Below, one piece after another: positions 59,557-64,000 of a stretch of 64,000 nt of DNA. Where the stretch lies: positions 128,001-192,000 of the forward strand of contig CAVTUQ010000012.1 of assembly GCA_963737905.1 (NCBI GenBank), given 5' to 3'. Position 1 is the first letter of the stretch. Every line of letters starts with the position of its first letter. A model generated the notes under the pieces. The model was not told where the DNA came from, ran no database searches, and was given only the letters and a program-made list of their open reading frames with translations. Origin of the DNA: an uncultured delta proteobacterium (GTDB taxonomy: Bacteria; Desulfobacterota; Binatia; UBA9968). The position numbers and the translations under genes were made by a program.

Positions 59557-60513
59557 ATGGCACAAATCGTAATCGGTATCGGCACATCGCATAGCCCGCA
59601 GTTGAGCATCCGAGCGAAGGATTGGGCTTATTTGCTTAAAAAAGACGAAACGGACCCGCGGCTCGACTATCCGGGCCTGTTAAAACGGGCCAAGCCGGGC
59701 ATTCAATCCGAGCTTGGCGAAGAAAAGTTTCGCCAGCGCGATGAAGCGTGCTTAAAGGCGGTTAGCCATTTGGGTGATGCGCTGCGCAAAGCCAATGCCG
59801 ACGTGGTGGTCATCTTCGGCGATGATCAACATGAGCAATTCGGCGACGATAACATGCCGACCTTCGCGATATACCATGGCAAGTCCATCCCGGTCGTGCG
59901 GGATTCTGGTGTGCGGCCTGCGGGTTGGAAAGACGCCGAGCGCAATGGCTGGGCTGAGACCGCCGATGAATATGCGAACGAAGACGATCTGGCCAACCAT
60001 TTAATTCGCGCGCTGAACGACGAAGAGTTCGACATTGCCCGGTGCAATCGTTTACGCAAGGAAATCGGCGTGGGACATGCGTTTAGTTTTCTTTACCGGC
60101 GTCTCGTACCCGGCAGCAAGATTCCCATAGTGCCGATGATGGTGAATACTTACTATCCGCCGAATCAACCGACGCCGAAGCGGTGCTACGCCTTTGGCCA
60201 AGCGGTGCGCCGGGCTATAGAATCTTGGCAAACCGACAAGCGCGTTGCGCTGATGGCTTCTGGGGGCTTGAGCCATGTTGTTATCGACGAGGAGATCGAT
60301 CAGATGACGATCGACGGACTCAAGAATAAGAAGCCGGAAGTTTTATTTCGACTGCCGCGCGAAAGGCTGGAGGGTGGAACTTCGGAAATTCTCAACTGGG
60401 TGGCGTTGGCGGGGGCGATGGAAGACCGGGAAATGAAATATTTGGAATACGTGACGACATATCGGTCGCCGGCGGCGACGGGTTGCGGGATGGGATTCGC
60501 GCATTGGTCATAA
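59557..60513 (+). CDS. LigB-type (class III) extradiol ring-cleavage dioxygenase
   Basis: GTSHSP, GDDQHE, GHAF, SGGLSH and SEILNW motifs. Confidence 0.88.
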   Translation: MAQIVIGIGTSHSPQLSIRAKDWAYLLKKDETDPRLDYPGLLKRAKPGIQSELGEEKFRQRDEACLKAVSHLGDALRKANADVVVIFGDDQHEQFGDDNMPTFAIYHGKSIPVVRDSGVRPAGWKDAERNGWAETADEYANEDDLANHLIRALNDEEFDIARCNRLRKEIGVGHAFSFLYRRLVPGSKIPIVPMMVNTYYPPNQPTPKRCYAFGQAVRRAIESWQTDKRVALMASGGLSHVVIDEEIDQMTIDGLKNKKPEVLFRLPRERLEGGTSEILNWVALAGAMEDREMKYLEYVTTYRSPAATGCGMGFAHWS

Positions 60514-60515
60514 TA

Positions 60516-60547
60516 GGTTTCGGGTTTCTGGTTTCGGGTTTCGAGTT
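60516..60547 (+). repeat. 7-bp tandem repeat (GGTTTCG)n
   Basis: GGTTTCG GGTTTCT GGTTTCG GGTTTCG AGTT right after the stop codon. Confidence 0.8.
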
Positions 60548-60579
60548 GGAAATATCGAGTACCTCAAAAAGTAATTCTA

Positions 60580-61251
60580 ATGATAAGAGAGCCCATCGTT
60601 GAACGTTTATTGAAGCTCGACACGTGCGCCGTGTCGGACGGTATGGACCGGTTGGGACTGGTGGGGGCGACCTATGGTGTTCGGCCCATGTGGTCTTGCC
60701 CGAAGATTGTTGGGCGAGCAGTGACCATGAAGATCAAGCCGGTGGGCCTGGAGAAACCGAAGCACCACCTCGGGACTTTGCCGATCGACGCGGCTAAGCC
60801 GGGGGACGTGATCGTGATCGATAACGGCGGACGGCCGGATACTTCTTGCTGGGGCGGGCTTCTGGCGCTTGCTGCGAAAGCCAAGGGAATTAGCGGAGTC
60901 GTCATAGACGGCGCGTGCCGGGATATCGACGAGAGCCGCGACCTGGAATTTCCAGTATACGCGCGCGGCGCGGTGCCGATGACAGCGCGCGGCAGAATCA
61001 TGCAAGAATCCTATAGTCAGGAGATCGAGTTTGCCGGAGTTCAAGTGCATCCGGGTGACCTCGTGATCGCGGATGGCAGCGGCGTGGTGATCATTCCTCG
61101 GTCCAGGGAGGAAGAAGTTGTTCGAGAAGCGGAAGCGGTAGCGGCGACGGAAGCCAGAATGGCGGAGGGGATACGACAGGGAATGTCCGTTCTCGAGGTC
61201 CTCGAAAAGCTCGGCTACGAGCAGATGTTGGATAAAAACAAGGCGAAATAG
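60580..61251 (+). CDS. RraA/HMG aldolase (LigK-like) family protein
   Basis: GRAVT, WGGL, DGACRD and PGDLVIADGSGVV motifs. Confidence 0.88.
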   Translation: MIREPIVERLLKLDTCAVSDGMDRLGLVGATYGVRPMWSCPKIVGRAVTMKIKPVGLEKPKHHLGTLPIDAAKPGDVIVIDNGGRPDTSCWGGLLALAAKAKGISGVVIDGACRDIDESRDLEFPVYARGAVPMTARGRIMQESYSQEIEFAGVQVHPGDLVIADGSGVVIIPRSREEEVVREAEAVAATEARMAEGIRQGMSVLEVLEKLGYEQMLDKNKAK

Positions 61252-61428
61252 GTCGACTGTGGTATGCTTTGTTGCGCTCGATCGCCTCGCTGCAGTGGTT
61301 TATGGCTATGGCTTATAGCGTATGGTTCGTATGTCCCAACTATATGCCATAAGCTATCAGCTATATGCGAAGTATGCGCGACTTACCTCTGAGATATTTT
61401 GAGCAACCGCAGACGAAGTGGATATGAC

Positions 61429-62613
61429 ATGCTGACTCGCGAGGAGAACGAACTCTTAACCCGCGTAGGACGCGGTACCCCCTGCGGGGAGCTGTTACGG
61501 CGCTATTGGCACCCGGTTGCCGCCGCCGGTGAACTTACTGAACAGACGCCTATCAGGCCAGTGAAGATTCTGGGCGAAGAGCTGGTGGTTTACCGCGACA
61601 AGCAGGGAAAGTACGGGTTGGTCGGCGAGCATTGCCCGCATCGGTTGGCTTCTTTGGCATACGGGAGAGTCGATGACGAGGGAATTCGTTGCCCGTATCA
61701 TGGCTGGAAATTTGACGGCACGGGCAAATGCCTGGAGCAGCCCGCGGAGCCGGCAGGCAGCACGTTCAAAGACCGGATCAAGCATGTCGCATATCCGGTG
61801 GAGGCGCTCGGCGGATTGATTTTCGCCTACCTCGGTCCTGAGCCTAAACCTTTGTTGCCACGATGGGATGTGCTCATTTGGGAAAACGGGAAACGCTGGA
61901 TCGTCAAGGAATCGATCATCGATTGTAACTGGCTGCAGCCGATGGAAAATTCCGTGGACCCGGCGCATTTGTTTTGGCTGCATGGTGATACCGCCCACCT
62001 CGCGCGCCGGGTGAAGAAGTATGGCGAAAAACATGAATTTATTCCTTTTGAGTTTGGCATCAAAAAACGACGAACCAGCTTGCCGGTTACGACGGGAGAA
62101 GCTCCCCAGCTGGATGAGCATCCGCTGCTGTTCCCTACCACATTGCGCCATGTAGCGCCGTATGAGGATGGCAAAGGGCACCGTCATAATTTACAGATTC
62201 GTGTTCCTGTCGACGACACTCATACGCAGGTGTTCCGCGTGAATTTTGTGCCGTCGGATGTGGAAAAATCCCCCGCGGAGATTCCAGCACCGTTTCGTTA
62301 CAGCCAACTAAAAAAAGGACCGCGGGAGTACGACATGCGCATGGTTTCCGCGCAGGACTCGATGGCATGGGAAACACAAGGCGCCGTCACTGACCGCACG
62401 CAAGAGCGACTTGGCGCTGGTGACGAAGGCATCATTTTGTTCAGGAAGATTCTCAAAGAGCAGATCGAAAACGTTAAAAAAGGCTTCGATCCTATCGGCA
62501 TGATCCGAGATCCGGAGAAAAATCAAATTATCGAACTCAATGTCATTAACGAGCGCATCGGGCTTTATCGGCCGCTAGGTTGGAACGACACCGGAACCGC
62601 TATAGCATCCTAA
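61429..62613 (+). CDS. Rieske non-heme iron oxygenase (phthalate 4,5-dioxygenase-like)
   Basis: MLTREENELLTRVG...CPHR...CPYHGW...ENSVDPAH..WLH...QD.MAWETQG. Confidence 0.93.
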   Translation: MLTREENELLTRVGRGTPCGELLRRYWHPVAAAGELTEQTPIRPVKILGEELVVYRDKQGKYGLVGEHCPHRLASLAYGRVDDEGIRCPYHGWKFDGTGKCLEQPAEPAGSTFKDRIKHVAYPVEALGGLIFAYLGPEPKPLLPRWDVLIWENGKRWIVKESIIDCNWLQPMENSVDPAHLFWLHGDTAHLARRVKKYGEKHEFIPFEFGIKKRRTSLPVTTGEAPQLDEHPLLFPTTLRHVAPYEDGKGHRHNLQIRVPVDDTHTQVFRVNFVPSDVEKSPAEIPAPFRYSQLKKGPREYDMRMVSAQDSMAWETQGAVTDRTQERLGAGDEGIILFRKILKEQIENVKKGFDPIGMIRDPEKNQIIELNVINERIGLYRPLGWNDTGTAIAS

Positions 62614-62771
62614 GTCAAGCAGCAATGCCCTAACATGAGCGCATCTATTCTTTTCTCGACCCGCCTTTCGCCCGCGTTTTCCACAATCCTCTAAAAGTTT
62701 TGGTTTCGGAGCTTGCTTCGGCCGTTGCCTTAATCGTAAAAGGTTCATATCTAAATATTTCATACCTTACA

Positions 62772-62802
62772 TAACTTATTGATTTTGCGGCACTTTTATT
62801 GC
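62772..62802 (+). promoter_or_regulatory. IHF site plus sigma-54 promoter
   Basis: TAACTTATTGATT (62772-62784) matches YAANNNNTTGATW. It is followed by CGGCACTTTTATTGC (GG-N10-GC). Confidence 0.55.
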
Positions 62803-62908
62803 CCAAGTTCTTGCATTGGTCACACGCTTTTTGGGTACGATTTGTATCTAATGCTTATCGCATAGTTGGTTTTCGGCATCGAGCACATCAACTACGGAGG
62901 ATGAGGTT

Positions 62909-64000
62909 ATGCTGACAAGAGAAGAGAACGAGAGACTAACGCGCGTGGGACCGGGAACAGCGGCGGGTGAGCTGTTGCGGCGTTATTGGTATCCGGTGGG
63001 AGTTGCCGGCGAGCTCACGGAGGAGGCTCCCACGCAGCTCGTCAGGATCCTCGGCGAAACACTGGTCCTGTTTCGCGATAAAAAGGGCCACGTCGGTTTG
63101 CTCGAAGATCGCTGCTCGCACCGCGGCGCGTCCCTTTCCTATGGTCGCGTCGAGGAACGGGGGATCGCTTGCCCTTATCATGGTTGGTTGTACGACACGA
63201 AAGGGAATTGTTTAGAGACGCCGGCCGAACCGTGCGGCAGCAAATTTCATTTGACCGTAAGACAGCGGTCTTATCCCGTGCAAAAACTAGTCGGCCTTTA
63301 CTGGGCCTATCTGGGCCCGGAGCCGCTGCCGCTCATACCGAATTTCGACGTGTGGTTTAGAAAGGATGGACATCGAAAAATCTTTATTCAGCCTCAGCTC
63401 GACTGCAATTGGTTCCAGGCGATGGAAAATTCGATGGATCCCGCGCATCTGCAGATCCTCCACCAGGAGACCGCGGGCCGCGGGCGTGCGATTCAAAACA
63501 CCACTCGAGGGCTCACCGACGACGTTGAGAAATTTGAGTTTTACGAGGTCCCCTATGGCCTCATGAAGCGACGAATCTACAAAAACGGAATGATAGACGA
63601 GCACCCGGTCATTTTCCCTAACATTTTACGCCAGGGAAACGTGGGACAAATCCGCGTGCCGATGGATGATACCCACACAAAGATTTACTTTGTGCGATTT
63701 TTCCCAAATGAAGATGGTTCAGTCGTGGAGAATGACGAGCCGCCCGTGGAATATATCAAGCCATACAAGGACCCGCCGGATGCGCTTCACCCCTATACGA
63801 AATTCCGCATGGATGCGGTTCAGGCCCAGGACCACATGGCGTGGGAAACTCAAGGGCCCATCGCCGATCGCACCCGTGAACGTTTGACCTCATCGGATCG
63901 TGGCGTCATCATGTTGCGAGAAGTCATGATGCGTGAGATGAAGCGGGTCCAGGAAGGACTCGACCCTATGGGAGTGATCAGGGATCCCGGTCAAAATGTT
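62909..64000 (+). CDS. Rieske non-heme iron oxygenase (incomplete, runs off the window)
   Basis: MLTREENERLTRVGPGT...CSHRG...CPYHGW...ENSMDPAH...QDHMAWETQG. Missing from the ORF track because there is no stop in the window. Confidence 0.92.
   Translation, partial: MLTREENERLTRVGPGTAAGELLRRYWYPVGVAGELTEEAPTQLVRILGETLVLFRDKKGHVGLLEDRCSHRGASLSYGRVEERGIACPYHGWLYDTKGNCLETPAEPCGSKFHLTVRQRSYPVQKLVGLYWAYLGPEPLPLIPNFDVWFRKDGHRKIFIQPQLDCNWFQAMENSMDPAHLQILHQETAGRGRAIQNTTRGLTDDVEKFEFYEVPYGLMKRRIYKNGMIDEHPVIFPNILRQGNVGQIRVPMDDTHTKIYFVRFFPNEDGSVVENDEPPVEYIKPYKDPPDALHPYTKFRMDAVQAQDHMAWETQGPIADRTRERLTSSDRGVIMLREVMMREMKRVQEGLDPMGVIRDPGQNV

Noticed and set aside
62764-62791. dif (XerCD) site
   Set aside because: One arm loosely resembles the XerD arm but the other does not fit XerC; an IHF site explains the sequence better.

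Overview
Bacterial chromosomal window of moderate-to-high GC. The expansion of orphan NMT1/SsuA, TctC/Bug and PF04392 substrate-binding proteins and of stand-alone Rieske oxygenases resembles Candidatus Binatia-like deltaproteobacteria (inference only). Ordinary content: rnr-DUF4911-asmA, a paa-like acyl-CoA beta-oxidation cluster with a divergent TetR, ahpC, nfo, hsp20, amidohydrolases, an ABC transporter and an aromatic or sulfonate catabolic cluster at the right end. Main highlights: (1) a ~3.8 kb insert between two diverged copies of the nfo 3' end that share a perfect 47-bp core; it carries a 943-aa TM0106/Cas4-like + RNase H-like + IS66 DDE transposase fusion and a small-protein/aspartic-protease pair; (2) an AhpD/CMD-family selenoprotein absent from the ORF track (CxxU, in-frame TGA, SECIS-like hairpin 11 nt downstream); (3) two integrase-less single-gene cassettes stacked at the 3' end of tRNA-Val(CAC); (4) a TIR-TM-FGE/C-lectin receptor-like protein; (5) a poly-His-tailed methyltransferase; (6) a family of intergenic 7- and 9-bp tandem/inverted repeats. 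Several genes have 1-2 nt frameshifts, probably sequencing or consensus errors. All family assignments come from motif recognition; no database searches were run.
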